Assembly (NCBI GenBank): GCA_902583635.1
Contig: CACHWJ010000005.1
Coordinates: 10,294-74,293, forward strand
Direction of reading: 5' to 3'
Length of the DNA: 64,000 nucleotides
From: an uncultured Pelagibacteraceae bacterium
GTDB lineage: Bacteria > Pseudomonadota > Alphaproteobacteria > Pelagibacterales > Pelagibacteraceae
The notes beneath the pieces are model-generated. The model searched no databases. It was not told the DNA's origin and was given only the letters and a program-made list of their open reading frames with translations. The translations under genes were made by a program, and so were the position numbers. How positions within the stretch are numbered: the stretch's first letter is position 1; each line of letters starts with the position of its first letter. Shown piece after piece: positions 21,406 to 32,675 of the stretch.

Positions 21406-23276
21406 TAAGCTATATGCTTAATAGACTTTCTTTTTACGTGTGACAACAAAATATATACAGCCGCAGGAGTAATTCCATCAATTCTTAAAGCCTGACCCAT
21501 AGTTTTAGGCTTAATTTGGTTAAATTTTGCCTTTACCTCATTTGATAGTCCTGAAAGCTTATCATAATCAATTTTTTCAGGAATTATTAGGTTTTCATCT
21601 CTTTTAAAAGCGAGAATGTCAGCTTTTTGCTTTTTTAAATAACCTCTATAATGAGCATTTATTTCTATCTGCTCATCAATTTCTCTGTCATAATAGGGTA
21701 TATCACTCCAAATCTCTCTTATTTTAGGCATATCTACACCTTTTTGGGTTAGAATTTCACTCGAAGACCTAAGAATTCCGTCTTTTGCTATCTTTATACC
21801 ATAATTTTCAGCTTTATTTGGAGAAATATGAGATTTGAACATTTTGTTAGAAATATTTTTTAATTTTTCAGATTTATCTAAATATATTTCCTTTCTTTTA
21901 TCTCCAATTAATCCAATTTTGATGCCTTTATCAGTCAACCTTTGATCAGCATTATCTGCTCTCAAGCTTAATCTATATTCTGCCCGAGAAGTAAACATTC
22001 TATAGGGTTCAGCAACGCCTTTAGTTACTAAATCATCAATCATTACTCCTATGTAAGCATCAGATCTATCTAATATAAATGGTTCTTGTCCCTTGACAGA
22101 TAATGCAGCATTTATACCAGCAATAAGACCTTGTGATGCAGCTTCCTCATAACCAGTAGTTCCATTTATTTGGCCAGCTAGGTAAAGATTATTAATTTTT
22201 TTAGTCTCAAGCGTAAGAAAGAGCTCTCTAGGATCTACATAGTCATATTCTATAGCATATCCAGGTCTAATTATTTTAACATTTTCTAAACCATTGATAT
22301 TATTACATATTTCTTGCTGTACCTCATTTGGAAGTGAAGTTGAAATACCATTTGGGTAAATTGTATGATCATTTAATCCTTCAGGCTCCAAAAATATCTG
22401 ATGTCGTCCTTTATCTGAAAATTTCACTATTTTGTCCTCTATAGATGGACAGTATCTTGGTCCAACACCTTTTATGCTACCGGAGTACATTGCACTCTTC
22501 GATAGATTTTTTTCTATAATCTTATGTACCTTGTGATTGGTGTATGTCATCCTACATGATACTTGTTCGTTTATGTTTTTTTTAGTTAGAAATGAAAAAA
22601 AATAAGGAGCATCATCTGCAAACTGTTCTTCTAAATTTTTATAATTAATCGTCCTTGAATCTAATCGAGGAGGGGTTCCAGTTTTTAACCTTCCAATTTT
22701 GAATTCGTATTTTTGTAATTGTTCACTTAAACCTGTAGAAGGTTTCTCATCATATCTTCCTGCTGGTGTTCTTTCATCACCTATATGTATCAAACCATTT
22801 AAAAAAGTGCCTGTTGTTAGTATTAACTTACCACATGTAATTTTTTTGCCATTTTTAGTTTCAAAACCACTTACGGCATTTTTGTTAAAAATGAACTTAA
22901 TAACAGGATCTGAAAAAACCCTTAAATTACAATAGTTTACAAGTTTTTCTTGCATATATTTTCTATATAAAGATCTATCCGACTGTGTTCTTGGTCCACG
23001 AACAGCAGGACCTCTACTTCTGTTTAACAACCTAAATTGTATTCCTGACTTATCAGCAATCTCACCCATAACACCATCAAGAGCATCTATCTCTCTAACT
23101 AAGTGACCTTTACCTAATCCACCAATAGCTGGATTACACGACATCTCACCAATCGTTTCAATCTTATGGGTAAATAAAGCAGTCTCAACTCCTAAGCGTG
23201 CAGAGGCTGTTGCAGCTTCACAACCTGCATGTCCACCACCAATTACTACTACATCAAAAAATAAATCATTTTTCAT
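21405..23276 (-). CDS. mnmG: tRNA U34 modification enzyme MnmG (GidA)
   Basis: [43 protein letters not shown]. Confidence 0.98.
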   Translation of the reverse strand: MKNDLFFDVVVIGGGHAGCEAATASARLGVETALFTHKIETIGEMSCNPAIGGLGKGHLVREIDALDGVMGEIADKSGIQFRLLNRSRGPAVRGPRTQSDRSLYRKYMQEKLVNYCNLRVFSDPVIKFIFNKNAVSGFETKNGKKITCGKLILTTGTFLNGLIHIGDERTPAGRYDEKPSTGLSEQLQKYEFKIGRLKTGTPPRLDSRTINYKNLEEQFADDAPYFFSFLTKKNINEQVSCRMTYTNHKVHKIIEKNLSKSAMYSGSIKGVGPRYCPSIEDKIVKFSDKGRHQIFLEPEGLNDHTIYPNGISTSLPNEVQQEICNNINGLENVKIIRPGYAIEYDYVDPRELFLTLETKKINNLYLAGQINGTTGYEEAASQGLIAGINAALSVKGQEPFILDRSDAYIGVMIDDLVTKGVAEPYRMFTSRAEYRLSLRADNADQRLTDKGIKIGLIGDKRKEIYLDKSEKLKNISNKMFKSHISPNKAENYGIKIAKDGILRSSSEILTQKGVDMPKIREIWSDIPYYDREIDEQIEINAHYRGYLKKQKADILAFKRDENLIIPEKIDYDKLSGLSNEVKAKFNQIKPKTMGQALRIDGITPAAVYILLSHVKRKSIKHIA

Positions 23277-23393
23277 GAGCTAAACTTATAGCTGATTAAT
23301 TTATTTACAAGATACCTCTTGCTTTTAGCGAATAAGTGCTGAATACCAACGATTTTGAGTAAAAAATGGCAAAAAATCCAGATAAATTGATTA

Positions 23394-24725
23394 TTATTTG
23401 CCTATGCAAAAATCGTTGAAAATACTACCTAATATCTCCTCAACATCAACTTTTCCAACAATCATTCCGAGATGCCGTGTGGCTAATCTTAAATCTTCGG
23501 CTGCTTTATCAAAATCTGCAATTTCTTTTTTTTGATTAAATTTTTTTAAATGTTCTAAGCATTGTTGTAGATGTTGTCTGTGACGCTCTCTAGTTATTAA
23601 AATATCATCACTTGAAATAAATTTATTTTTTAAGTTATTTTTTATTTTCAATATTAATTTTTCAATATTCGTATTTTCTTTTATTGAAATTAAGACGTGA
23701 TCTATTTTTTTAATTTCTGGATCAATATCTTTTTTTAGTAGATCTGATTTATTTACTACTAAAATTGCATTTTCATCTAATAATCTTTTTAAAACATCAG
23801 TAAAATCAAGGTTTTTTGCATCTACCACTACTAATTTTAGGTCTGCTTCCTCCGCTCTATTAAGAGACAATTTAATACCTTTTTTTTCAATTTCATTTTT
23901 ACTCTTTCTTATACCAGCTGTATCCGACACTATCACTGGGTAGCCATCAATATTAAGATGAGTTTCTATTACGTCTCTTGTCGTTCCTGCAATTTCTGAA
24001 ACGATTGCAACATCCCTATTTGATAAATGATTTAGCAAACTAGACTTACCAGCGTTGGTTGGTCCAAGAATTGCAATTTTAAAACCTTCTCTTATTCTCT
24101 CTCCAACTTTTTGATCATTGAGAATTTTTTTAATATTTTTTAAAACGTCATCCGAACTTTTTTTAATCTCATTTAAAATATCCTTTGGTAAATCTTCATC
24201 AGGAAAATCTATTTTGGCTTCTACATGAGATAGAATTTTTAAAAGTTTTTCCCTTAGATAATTAAATTGATCTGCTGATCGACCGTTCATTATTTTGATT
24301 GCTTGTTGTCTTTGAATTTCCGTTTCAGATGAGATTAAATCAGCCACACTCTCTGCTTTGAGTAAATTTATTTTGCCATTTTGAAATGCAAGCTTAGTAA
24401 ATTCTCCAGGTTCGGCTAAACGACAATTTTTAATTTTTGAAATGTTAGTATGAAGGGCGTCTATTACAGCTTTACTACCATGGACTTGTATTTCGGCCAT
24501 ATCCTCACCTGTGTAGCTCTCAGGGCCAGGAAACCATAATATTAAACCTTCATCTATAAGCTCAGAAGTGTTGATTTTGTTGATTTTTCTGAGCGTTGCT
24601 ACTCTTGGCTTGGGTACACCCTTACCGGTCATCAGCTCTATCGCTTTAGAGGTATCTGCGCCTGAAATTCTTACAACGGCTATACCGGAAATTCCTGGTC
24701 CACTAGATAAAGCATAAATTGTCAT
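23394..24725 (-). CDS. mnmE: tRNA modification GTPase MnmE
   Basis: SYTGED, GPTNAGKSS, GTTRD, DTAG, C-terminal FCIGK. Confidence 0.98.
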   Translation of the reverse strand: MTIYALSSGPGISGIAVVRISGADTSKAIELMTGKGVPKPRVATLRKINKINTSELIDEGLILWFPGPESYTGEDMAEIQVHGSKAVIDALHTNISKIKNCRLAEPGEFTKLAFQNGKINLLKAESVADLISSETEIQRQQAIKIMNGRSADQFNYLREKLLKILSHVEAKIDFPDEDLPKDILNEIKKSSDDVLKNIKKILNDQKVGERIREGFKIAILGPTNAGKSSLLNHLSNRDVAIVSEIAGTTRDVIETHLNIDGYPVIVSDTAGIRKSKNEIEKKGIKLSLNRAEEADLKLVVVDAKNLDFTDVLKRLLDENAILVVNKSDLLKKDIDPEIKKIDHVLISIKENTNIEKLILKIKNNLKNKFISSDDILITRERHRQHLQQCLEHLKKFNQKKEIADFDKAAEDLRLATRHLGMIVGKVDVEEILGSIFNDFCIGK

Positions 24726-24782
24726 TTGAAGATTATAACTTCAAATTTGTGTCACTGTAAAACTTTAATTAGATCTAATTTA

Positions 24783-26051
24783 TTAGGCAGGTTTATTCAT
24801 AGAATTGAAAAATTCTGAATTATTTTTTGTGTCTTTTAATTTTGAATTTATAAACTCAATTGCATCCATTGTTCCCATTGGTGCAATAATTCTTCTTAGG
24901 ACATTCATTTTTTGAAGATCATTTTTATCGAATAATAATTCTTCTCTTCTTGTCCCTGATTTAGTTATGTCGATTGCAGGATAAATTCTTTTGTCCGCAA
25001 TTTTTCTATCCAGAACAGTTTCGCTATTTCCAGTTCCTTTAAACTCTTCAAAAATAACTTCATCCATTCTACTACCTGTATCAATTAGTGCTGTTGAAAT
25101 AATTGTTAAAGATCCTCCTTCTTCAATATTTCTTGCTGCACCAAAAAATCTTTTTGGTCTTTGAAGTGCATTTGCATCTACACCACCTGTTAAAACTTTT
25201 CCTGAGCTTGGTATAACTGCATTATAAGCTCTTCCTAATCTTGTGATAGAGTCTAATAAAATTACTACATCTTTTTTGTGTTCAGTTAATCTTTTTGCTT
25301 TTTCAATAACCATCTCAGCTACAGCCACGTGCCTTTGGGCAGGTTCATCAAAAGTAGAGCTAATTACTTCACCTTTAACTGTTCTTTGCATGTCTGTTAC
25401 TTCCTCGGGTCTCTCATCAATTAACAATACAATCAAATAACACTCAGGATAATTTTTTGCTATCGAGTTAGCTATACTCTGTAAAATCATTGTTTTACCC
25501 GCTTTCGGAGGTGAAATTATTATAGATCTTTGACCTTTACCAATTGGACTAACCAAATCAATTAGTCTTGGCGTTAAGTCTGGTTTCTTCTCTACTTTGA
25601 TAGTTTCAACTTCCATCACTAACTGCTTATCAGGATAAAGTGGTGTAAGGTTGTCAAATGCAATTTTGTGTCTTGCTTTTTCTGGCTCTTCAAAATTTAT
25701 TTTACTAACTTGTAATAAAGCAAAATATCTTTCACCTTCTTTAGGTGCTCTAACAGGACCTTCCACTGTATCACCTGTTCTCAATCCAAATTTTCTAATC
25801 TGACTTGGACTTACATAGATGTCATCTGGTCCTGGAAGATAATTTGATTCCATTGCCCTAAGAAAACCAAAACCGTCTTGCAATAACTGCAAAACGCCTA
25901 CACCCGTAATTTCCTCTTTTTCAGCTACTTTCTTTAGAATAGCAAAAAGAATTTCTTGTTTTCTTAAAGTACTTGCATTTTCAATACCAAGTTCTTCTGC
26001 TTGGGTAATAAGCTGTTCAGATGATTTAAGTTTTAGTTCTTGAATGTTCAT
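24783..26051 (-). CDS. rho: Transcription termination factor Rho
   Basis: [34 protein letters not shown]. Confidence 0.99.
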   Translation of the reverse strand: MNIQELKLKSSEQLITQAEELGIENASTLRKQEILFAILKKVAEKEEITGVGVLQLLQDGFGFLRAMESNYLPGPDDIYVSPSQIRKFGLRTGDTVEGPVRAPKEGERYFALLQVSKINFEEPEKARHKIAFDNLTPLYPDKQLVMEVETIKVEKKPDLTPRLIDLVSPIGKGQRSIIISPPKAGKTMILQSIANSIAKNYPECYLIVLLIDERPEEVTDMQRTVKGEVISSTFDEPAQRHVAVAEMVIEKAKRLTEHKKDVVILLDSITRLGRAYNAVIPSSGKVLTGGVDANALQRPKRFFGAARNIEEGGSLTIISTALIDTGSRMDEVIFEEFKGTGNSETVLDRKIADKRIYPAIDITKSGTRREELLFDKNDLQKMNVLRRIIAPMGTMDAIEFINSKLKDTKNNSEFFNSMNKPA

Positions 26052-26117
26052 GATTAAAAATTTGATAAGGACTTATCAGATACGGATAATATATATTCTC
26101 TTTATTTTTTTTCAACC

Positions 26118-26552
26118 CTAGATTGGTTTAAAAATAACAACAAATATGATCAAAATTAGCAATATTGTAGGTATTTCGTTTATATACCGGTAAAACTTAT
26201 GTGAATGCTTATTGTTACCTGTATTAAACTGGCTAAGTAACCTACCTAGGTAAAAGTGATATAGAGTAAGAATAATTACAAATAGCAACTTTAGTAACAT
26301 CCATGTTTGACCAAGCTGTTGGAAACCAATGCTATGAATAAGCAAAAGTCCAAACAACCAAGATAATGTCATAGCTGGAGTCATTATGTAAAAATAAAGT
26401 TTTCGTTCCATCGTTTTAAAAATTTCAGAAATATTTGCCTCAGAATTATTTTCTGCGTGATAAACAAAAATTCTTGGGAGATATAAAAGACCAGCCATCC
26501 AGGAAATAACGGCTATCAAGTGTAAAGATTTAAATAACAAATAAGTATTCAT
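26118..26552 (-). CDS. hemJ: Protoporphyrinogen oxidase HemJ
   Basis: HLIAVISWMAGLLYLPRIFVYH, NEIPT, KP C-terminus. Confidence 0.95.
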   Translation of the reverse strand: MNTYLLFKSLHLIAVISWMAGLLYLPRIFVYHAENNSEANISEIFKTMERKLYFYIMTPAMTLSWLFGLLLIHSIGFQQLGQTWMLLKLLFVIILTLYHFYLGRLLSQFNTGNNKHSHKFYRYINEIPTILLILIIFVVIFKPI

Positions 26553-26554
26553 CT

Positions 26555-27553
26555 TTAAATATTTTTTTTTATTAAAGAATTCAATAAAAGTATGTGATCA
26601 TCGTTATCATTTAAACATGGAACCATGTCAAAATTTTCACCTCCAGAGTTTAAAAAACTCTCTTTACCTTGAATTAAGATTTCTTCTAAAGTTTCTACAC
26701 AGTCGGAAGAAAATCCAGGGCAAATTGTAAGAATATTTTTTTTTCCCTCTCTTGGTAAACTTTCTAAAGTTTTATCTGTGTAAGGTTGTAACCATGCTTG
26801 AGGCCCAAATCTAGACTGAAATGTAGTTTTAATTTCTATAGAATTAAATTTTTCAGAAATAAGTCTAGTCGTTTTATGACAATAACAATGATAGGGATCA
26901 CCTTTATCAAAATATTTTTTAGGTATTCCATGATATGAGGCAATTATTAAATCTGGTTTCCAATTTATTTCATTAATTTTTTTATTAATAGATTTAACTA
27001 AAGCATCGATATAAAGTGGATCAGATTCGTAATGGGGAATAATTTTTAAAGACGGTTGCCATCTCATCTTCATCAAAGTTCTATAAACTTCATCACATAC
27101 AGTTGCGGTTGTTGCTGCAGCATATTGTGGATAAAGCGGCAGTATAACTAAATTTTCACAACCTTGTTCCTGAAGTTTATAAATTTTACTTTTAATGCTC
27201 GGATTTCCATATCTCATAGCAAAATCAATTAATAAGTTTTCTTTTTTTATAAACTTGGAAATTTTTTCACTTTGTTTTTGTGTGTAATATAAAAGGGGAG
27301 ACATGTTTTCATTTTTCATCCAAATTTCTTTATAAGCTTTTGCTGTTTTAGAGGGTCTAAAAGTTAATATAAAAAAGTTCAAAATTATTTGCCAAATTAT
27401 AGGATTAACTTCTATGACTCTTTTATCGGACAAAAACTCTTTTAAATATTTTCTAATATCGAACCAACTCGTGGAGTCTGGAGTGCCTAAATTAATAATA
27501 AGCACGCCAGTTTTTCCAAATTTTACAGGTGGATGATTATTATCAAATTCCAT
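26555..27553 (-). CDS. hemH: Ferrochelatase
   Basis: NLGTP, MRYGNP, LYPQYA, FQSRFG, DCVETLEE. Confidence 0.97.
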   Translation of the reverse strand: MEFDNNHPPVKFGKTGVLIINLGTPDSTSWFDIRKYLKEFLSDKRVIEVNPIIWQIILNFFILTFRPSKTAKAYKEIWMKNENMSPLLYYTQKQSEKISKFIKKENLLIDFAMRYGNPSIKSKIYKLQEQGCENLVILPLYPQYAAATTATVCDEVYRTLMKMRWQPSLKIIPHYESDPLYIDALVKSINKKINEINWKPDLIIASYHGIPKKYFDKGDPYHCYCHKTTRLISEKFNSIEIKTTFQSRFGPQAWLQPYTDKTLESLPREGKKNILTICPGFSSDCVETLEEILIQGKESFLNSGGENFDMVPCLNDNDDHILLLNSLIKKNI

Positions 27554-28555
27554 CTAATAGTCCCTGACAATGTTTATTAAGTGTTCAATCATGACTGGAT
27601 CTGTTTCAGGTAAAATGCCATGACCCAAATTAAAAATATATGGATGATCTTTAAATATGTCTAAATATTTTAAAATTTCTTTTTTGAGATTTTCTTGATC
27701 CGTTAACAAGATTTTTGGATCTAGTCCTCCTTGAACTGGAATTTTTATATTTTTACTTATCATCAGAGGATCAACATTATAATCAATATTCACTGCGTCT
27801 GGTTTAACTATTTCACAAAACTCCTTGTAATTTTTAATCTCCCTTGGAAAACAAATTACAGGGACACCCAGTGATTTTACATAATCTACTAAATTCAAGG
27901 TAGGTGTATAAATATAGTTGGGGTAATCTCTTTCTTCTAATAATCCAGCCCAACTATCAAAAATTTGTATCACATTTGCACCATTCTCAATTTGATTCTT
28001 AATATGAATTTTTAAAAATTTTTCGATAATTAATAATATTCTATTTATTAGATACTCATCTTCAAAAAAATTCTTTTTAACATTTTTCTTAGGAGACTGT
28101 TGGTTAATCATGTAAACAAGAAGCGTCCATGGTGCTCCTACAAAACCAATTGTATTTTTATTTTTTAAATTCATCTCTGAACTTACAGATTTTATAGCTT
28201 TATAAGTTGGGTGAATTTTTTGAACAAAATCTATCTCGTCTATCTTTGACATCGAATTGATATCTAAATTACCTAGCAGTGGTCCAAAGTTTTTTTTAAA
28301 TTCAACTTTTTGATTTAAACCATAAGGTATCATGAGAATGTCAGAAAATATTATTGCTGCGTCTAAATCAAATCTTTTAATTGGTTGAAGAGTAATTTCA
28401 GTTGCTAATTCATTATTTAAACATAATCCTATAAAGTTTGGGTTGTTTTTTCTTATTTCTCTAAATTCTGGCAAATATCTACCTGCTTGCCTCATCATCC
28501 ATAAAGGATTAGTGGATGTTTTTTTATTTATTATAATTTCATGTAGTGGTGTCAT
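27554..28555 (-). CDS. hemE: Uroporphyrinogen decarboxylase
   Basis: WMMRQAGRYLPE, AAIIFSDIL, QIFDSWAG, FNLGHG. Confidence 0.97.
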   Translation of the reverse strand: MTPLHEIIINKKTSTNPLWMMRQAGRYLPEFREIRKNNPNFIGLCLNNELATEITLQPIKRFDLDAAIIFSDILMIPYGLNQKVEFKKNFGPLLGNLDINSMSKIDEIDFVQKIHPTYKAIKSVSSEMNLKNKNTIGFVGAPWTLLVYMINQQSPKKNVKKNFFEDEYLINRILLIIEKFLKIHIKNQIENGANVIQIFDSWAGLLEERDYPNYIYTPTLNLVDYVKSLGVPVICFPREIKNYKEFCEIVKPDAVNIDYNVDPLMISKNIKIPVQGGLDPKILLTDQENLKKEILKYLDIFKDHPYIFNLGHGILPETDPVMIEHLINIVRDY

Positions 28556-28827
28556 ATTAAAATTATATATATAATTATTGTATTAGCATTATGTCTTGTG
28601 GATAGTGATGATTGTTTATTTTAAACATAATATTAACGTTTTAACCACATCTTGAATTTAATTAAACTCACAAAAATCAACCTTTTTTAACTTTTATCAA
28701 CATTCATGAATTGTTTAATTGAATTTATTATTATTGTTAATAAAACCCTTATTTTACAAGGATAAACAAGCAAAAATTAAATTGAGTAATTTTATTAAAA
28801 TAATACAAATTTATTAACAATTTTTTC
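28556..28827. other. Probable chromosomal replication origin (oriC)
   Basis: Very AT-rich 272-bp gap between divergent hemE and DUF299, the conserved alphaproteobacterial origin position. DnaA-box-like 9-mers: TGTGGATAG 28597, TTAACCACA 28641, TTATCAACA 28694, TGTTAATAA 28735, TTATTAACA 28811. parABS lies 7-9 kb away. Confidence 0.8.
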
Positions 28828-29655
28828 ATGAATAATACATACCAAATATACTTAATTTCTGACTCTACAGGTGAAACTTTAGAAAGAATTTTTTTAGCTT
28901 TAAAAGCTCAATTTAAAAATATTGAATATAAGATACATTCATATTCTTTTACTAGAACAGAAAATCAAATTTTAAAAATTTTAGATGATGCGCAAGTAAA
29001 TCATAATTCAATTATACTATATACAATTGTTGACAATAATCTTGCAAAGTATTTAGCAAATACTAGTAATGATAAAAAAATTCCATGTTTTGGTGTTTTG
29101 GGAAATCTTATTTTAAATTTCTCAAAAATTCTTAATCAGAAAGCTTCACACGAGCCGAGTGGACAACATATTTTAAATGAAGAATATTATGACAGAATAG
29201 AAGCGATACAGTTCACAATGAATCATGATGATGGAAATTTATTAAATGAAATTGACAAATCTGATATAATTTTGGTAGGAGTTAGTAGAACGAGCAAGAC
29301 TCCAACTTCTATCTATTTGGCCAACAAAGGCTTTAAAACATCCAATATACCTCTGGTTAATGAAAATTCATTACCTGAAAAACTGAAAAAAAATCCACAA
29401 TTTACATGTGTAGTGGGCTTGAGCACAGAGCCTGAAAGATTGGCTGATTTAAGAAAAAATAGAATGAATTCTCTTAAAGAAAGTGACAATACAAATTATA
29501 CTAACCTTGATGATATCAGAGACGAGGTTCTTAAAGCAAAGAAAACTTTTCAAAAATATAAGTGGCCAGTAATTGATGTTACTAGAAAATCTGTAGAAGA
29601 AACAGCAGCATCGATTATTAAAATACACGAAATATATTCTAATAATGTTGAGTAA
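28828..29655 (+). CDS. PEP synthase/PPDK regulatory kinase-pyrophosphorylase (DUF299)
   Basis: ISDSTGET, HDDG, GVSRTSKTPTS.YLA, DVTRKSVEETA. Confidence 0.93.
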   Translation: MNNTYQIYLISDSTGETLERIFLALKAQFKNIEYKIHSYSFTRTENQILKILDDAQVNHNSIILYTIVDNNLAKYLANTSNDKKIPCFGVLGNLILNFSKILNQKASHEPSGQHILNEEYYDRIEAIQFTMNHDDGNLLNEIDKSDIILVGVSRTSKTPTSIYLANKGFKTSNIPLVNENSLPEKLKKNPQFTCVVGLSTEPERLADLRKNRMNSLKESDNTNYTNLDDIRDEVLKAKKTFQKYKWPVIDVTRKSVEETAASIIKIHEIYSNNVE

Positions 29656-30232
29656 TATAATTTTAGCATCCAAAAGTAATGTCAGGAAGAATATTTTAGA
29701 AAAAAATAATATACTTTGCGATGTTGAACCGTCGAATGTAGATGAAGATATGGTGAAAGAAAGTTTGTTAAGTAATAAAGCTTCTCCAGAAATTATTTCA
29801 AAAAATTTGGCTGAATTAAAAGCTAATAAAGTAAGCTCAAGAAACGAAGAACGAATAGTGTTAGGTGCTGATAGCGTAATTGATTTAGAGGGGGAATTAA
29901 TATCAAAACCACAAGATAGAAAAGAGGCACTAACAATATTAAGAAAGTTAAATGGAAAAGAACACCATTTAATTAGTTCAGTTTGTATATCTAAAAATGG
30001 ATCAATGATTTGGAACTGTACAGATAAAGCAAAGCTTAAAATGAAAAATTTCACTGACAAAGAGTTAGAAGTATATTTAGCAAAAATATCTGATAGTGCA
30101 TTATACGCCTATAATGTTTATCAAATAGAGGGTGAGGGAAAAAAATTATTTTCAGAAATAATTGGAGATAAAAATACTATTATGGGACTTCCTATTCAAA
30201 AAATTAAAAATTATTTGGAAAAAATTATATGA
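29645..30232 (+). CDS. maf: Maf-family nucleotide pyrophosphatase
   Basis: IILASKS..RK, KANKVS, LGADSVI, ISKP, IMGLP. Confidence 0.9.
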   Translation: MLSNIILASKSNVRKNILEKNNILCDVEPSNVDEDMVKESLLSNKASPEIISKNLAELKANKVSSRNEERIVLGADSVIDLEGELISKPQDRKEALTILRKLNGKEHHLISSVCISKNGSMIWNCTDKAKLKMKNFTDKELEVYLAKISDSALYAYNVYQIEGEGKKLFSEIIGDKNTIMGLPIQKIKNYLEKII

Positions 30233-31020
30233 AAAAATATTTAGTAATTGGAAATCCAATAACCCATTCTTTATCTCCAAAGTTACACAATTATTGGATT
30301 AAACAAAACAATATTGATGCAATTTATGATAAAAAAAAATTAAATGAAGATGAATTATATAATTTAATATTAGATGTCAAAGATAGAAATATAAGTGGTA
30401 TTAACGTTACAGTACCATTTAAAAATTCAGTTATACCTCTTTTGGATGAATTAAGTGATGAGTCAAATAAAACACAATCAGTAAATACAATATATCTTAA
30501 AGATAAAAGGACAATTGGACATAATACTGATATTGAAGGTTTTGAAAACGCAATAAAAAAAATAAATTTTGATTTTAAAAATAAAAAAATTTTTATTTTG
30601 GGAGCTGGCGGCGTTGTTCCTTCTATTATTTATGCCTCAATGAAAATGAATTCTTCTGAAATTTTTGTCAGTAACAGAACAAGCGAAAAAGCAGAAAAGG
30701 TTAAAAATATTTTTAATAATATTAAATTAGTTAATTGGGGAGATGTACCAGATTTTGATGTTATAATTAATGCAACAAGCCTAGGATTGAATCAAGAGGA
30801 CAAAATAAATTTAGATCTTACTCAAATAGGAAAAAATAAATTATTTTATGACGTAATTTATAATCCAACCGAAACAAATTTTTTAAAGAAAGCTAAAAAA
30901 TTAGGTAACAAATGTGAAAATGGCAAATTAATGTTCATATATCAAGCATTTTCAGCATTCAAGCTTTGGCACGGCATAGAGCCCAGTATAAACAATGAAA
31001 CTATAAGACTTTTGGATTAA
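30229..31020 (+). CDS. aroE: Shikimate dehydrogenase
   Basis: GNPITHSLSP, NVTVPFK, NTDIEG, GAGG, INATSLG. Confidence 0.96.
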   Translation: MKKYLVIGNPITHSLSPKLHNYWIKQNNIDAIYDKKKLNEDELYNLILDVKDRNISGINVTVPFKNSVIPLLDELSDESNKTQSVNTIYLKDKRTIGHNTDIEGFENAIKKINFDFKNKKIFILGAGGVVPSIIYASMKMNSSEIFVSNRTSEKAEKVKNIFNNIKLVNWGDVPDFDVIINATSLGLNQEDKINLDLTQIGKNKLFYDVIYNPTETNFLKKAKKLGNKCENGKLMFIYQAFSAFKLWHGIEPSINNETIRLLD

Positions 31021-31607
31021 TGAAAAGAATAGGTATTTTGGGTGATATAGGATCAGGAAAAAGTTATGTCGCTAAAAATTTTGGATATCCAGTTTTTAAT
31101 GCAGATTATGAAGTTTCAAAATTGTACAAGAAAAACAGGAAAATATACCAGAAATTAAAAAAAATATTACCCGAATATATTTATAAGTTTCCTATAGATA
31201 AAATACAAATTACCAATGCAATTCTTGCAAATAATTCAAATTTAAAAAAAATAATTAGGATAGTTCACCTAGAAGTAAGAAATAGGATGCAATTTTTCTT
31301 AAAAAAAAATAAACACAAAAAATTTATTATTTTGGACGTTCCACTTTTGTTAGAAAATAAAATCAATAAAAAGAAAGACATTCTAGTTTATGTTCAGTCT
31401 AGTAAAAAAAATATATTAAGAAATTTAAAAAAAAGAAATAATTTCAATGCAAGATTAGTAAATAAATTTAAAAAAATTCAACTTCCACTTGCTTATAAAA
31501 AAAAAAATTCTAGATTTATAATTAAAAATAATTTTACCAAAAAATCTGTTAAAGATGGAATAAAATCAATTTTAAAAATAATTAAAAATGAAAGAAATAG
31601 TTCTTGA
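31020..31607 (+). CDS. coaE: Dephospho-CoA kinase
   Basis: GDIGSGKS P-loop, LDVPLLLE; aroE-coaE-dnaQ synteny. Confidence 0.92.
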   Translation: MKRIGILGDIGSGKSYVAKNFGYPVFNADYEVSKLYKKNRKIYQKLKKILPEYIYKFPIDKIQITNAILANNSNLKKIIRIVHLEVRNRMQFFLKKNKHKKFIILDVPLLLENKINKKKDILVYVQSSKKNILRNLKKRNNFNARLVNKFKKIQLPLAYKKKNSRFIIKNNFTKKSVKDGIKSILKIIKNERNSS

Positions 31608-32250
31608 TACAGAAACAACTGGCTTATCAGTTAAAGATGGACACAGAATTGTTGAAATTGGATGTATAGAATTAGAAAATTTAATTCCAACCAAGAATAG
31701 ATTCCATTGTTATCTGAATCCTGAAAGAAAAGTTTCTGAAAAGGCACTAGCAGTTCATGGTTACAACGATGATTTTTTATCCAAGCAAAAAAAATTTAAT
31801 GAAGTTGGGGAAGAATTTCTAAAGTTTATAAAAGACAAAAAGCTTATAATTCATAATGCTGAATTTGATCTTACCCATATAAATAATGAACTTAAATTGT
31901 TTGGAGTAGGAAAAATCGAAAATGAAATTGTAGATACATTAATTTTAGCTAGAGATAAATTTCCTGGTTCATCTGTAAGTTTGGATGCCCTTTGTAAACG
32001 TTTTAGGATTGATAATTCCAAAAGAACTCAGCACACAGCTTTGATTGATTGTGATCTATTAGCAAAAGTTTACATAAACCTTATCGACCAAAAAGAACCA
32101 AAACTTGATTTCCAAAACACCAGTTTAGAACAAGAAAGTACAAATGCTGCAAATGTTGGGTATTATAAAGAAGTTGTTAAACCCTCTTTAGAAGAAATTA
32201 AAAATCACAAAGAATACTTAAAATTACATTTAAAAAAAAACTATTTTTAA
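31588..32250 (+). CDS. dnaQ: DNA polymerase III epsilon subunit
   Basis: LDTETTG, IHNAEFD, HTALIDC exonuclease motifs. Confidence 0.97.
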   Translation: MKEIVLDTETTGLSVKDGHRIVEIGCIELENLIPTKNRFHCYLNPERKVSEKALAVHGYNDDFLSKQKKFNEVGEEFLKFIKDKKLIIHNAEFDLTHINNELKLFGVGKIENEIVDTLILARDKFPGSSVSLDALCKRFRIDNSKRTQHTALIDCDLLAKVYINLIDQKEPKLDFQNTSLEQESTNAANVGYYKEVVKPSLEEIKNHKEYLKLHLKKNYF

Positions 32251-32675
32251 TTAAATCTTTGTTTGTACAATTCTTCAAAATTTACTTTCTTATCAAATTT
32301 TATTTCTGGGTAACCCGAATTATGCAAAAGGTCTAAAAGTGCTTTTTCTAAATTTGGATAGATTTTAATCTGAACATCACACAATATAATCTTCTCTAAT
32401 TCTTTTTTATCATTAATTTCTTCATTAATTTTAATTATAGTTGAATATATAATTTCAAAATGTGATTTTTTTTTATTTTGCTCCTTGTCTTCAAACTTGA
32501 ATATTGTATTTACCTCAATTGTTTTATTCTTCAAAGCTTTAGAATTAATGTCAATATTTAGCTGATATTTACCTATATGCTCTCTAACAAATATATATGT
32601 TTCTACATCAGGAGTTTCACTTGATAGATCCTTGATATACTGTCCTAGTATTTTATATTTTTCTGTCATTGTCAT
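32247..32675 (-). CDS. secB: Protein export chaperone SecB
   Basis: QYIKDLSSETP motif; fxsA-secB synteny. Start may be 32669. Confidence 0.85.
   Translation of the reverse strand: MTMTEKYKILGQYIKDLSSETPDVETYIFVREHIGKYQLNIDINSKALKNKTIEVNTIFKFEDKEQNKKKSHFEIIYSTIIKINEEINDKKELEKIILCDVQIKIYPNLEKALLDLLHNSGYPEIKFDKKVNFEELYKQRFN

Noticed and set aside
23277-23393. ncRNA in the mnmE-mnmG spacer
   Set aside because: No convincing hairpin or known motif; explained by the mnmG promoter.
29449-30060. 203-aa minus-strand ORF
   Set aside because: Antisense shadow of DUF299/maf with no recognisable motifs.
32613-32628. parS-like AGTTTCACTTGATAGA in secB
   Set aside because: Four mismatches to consensus and not palindromic.
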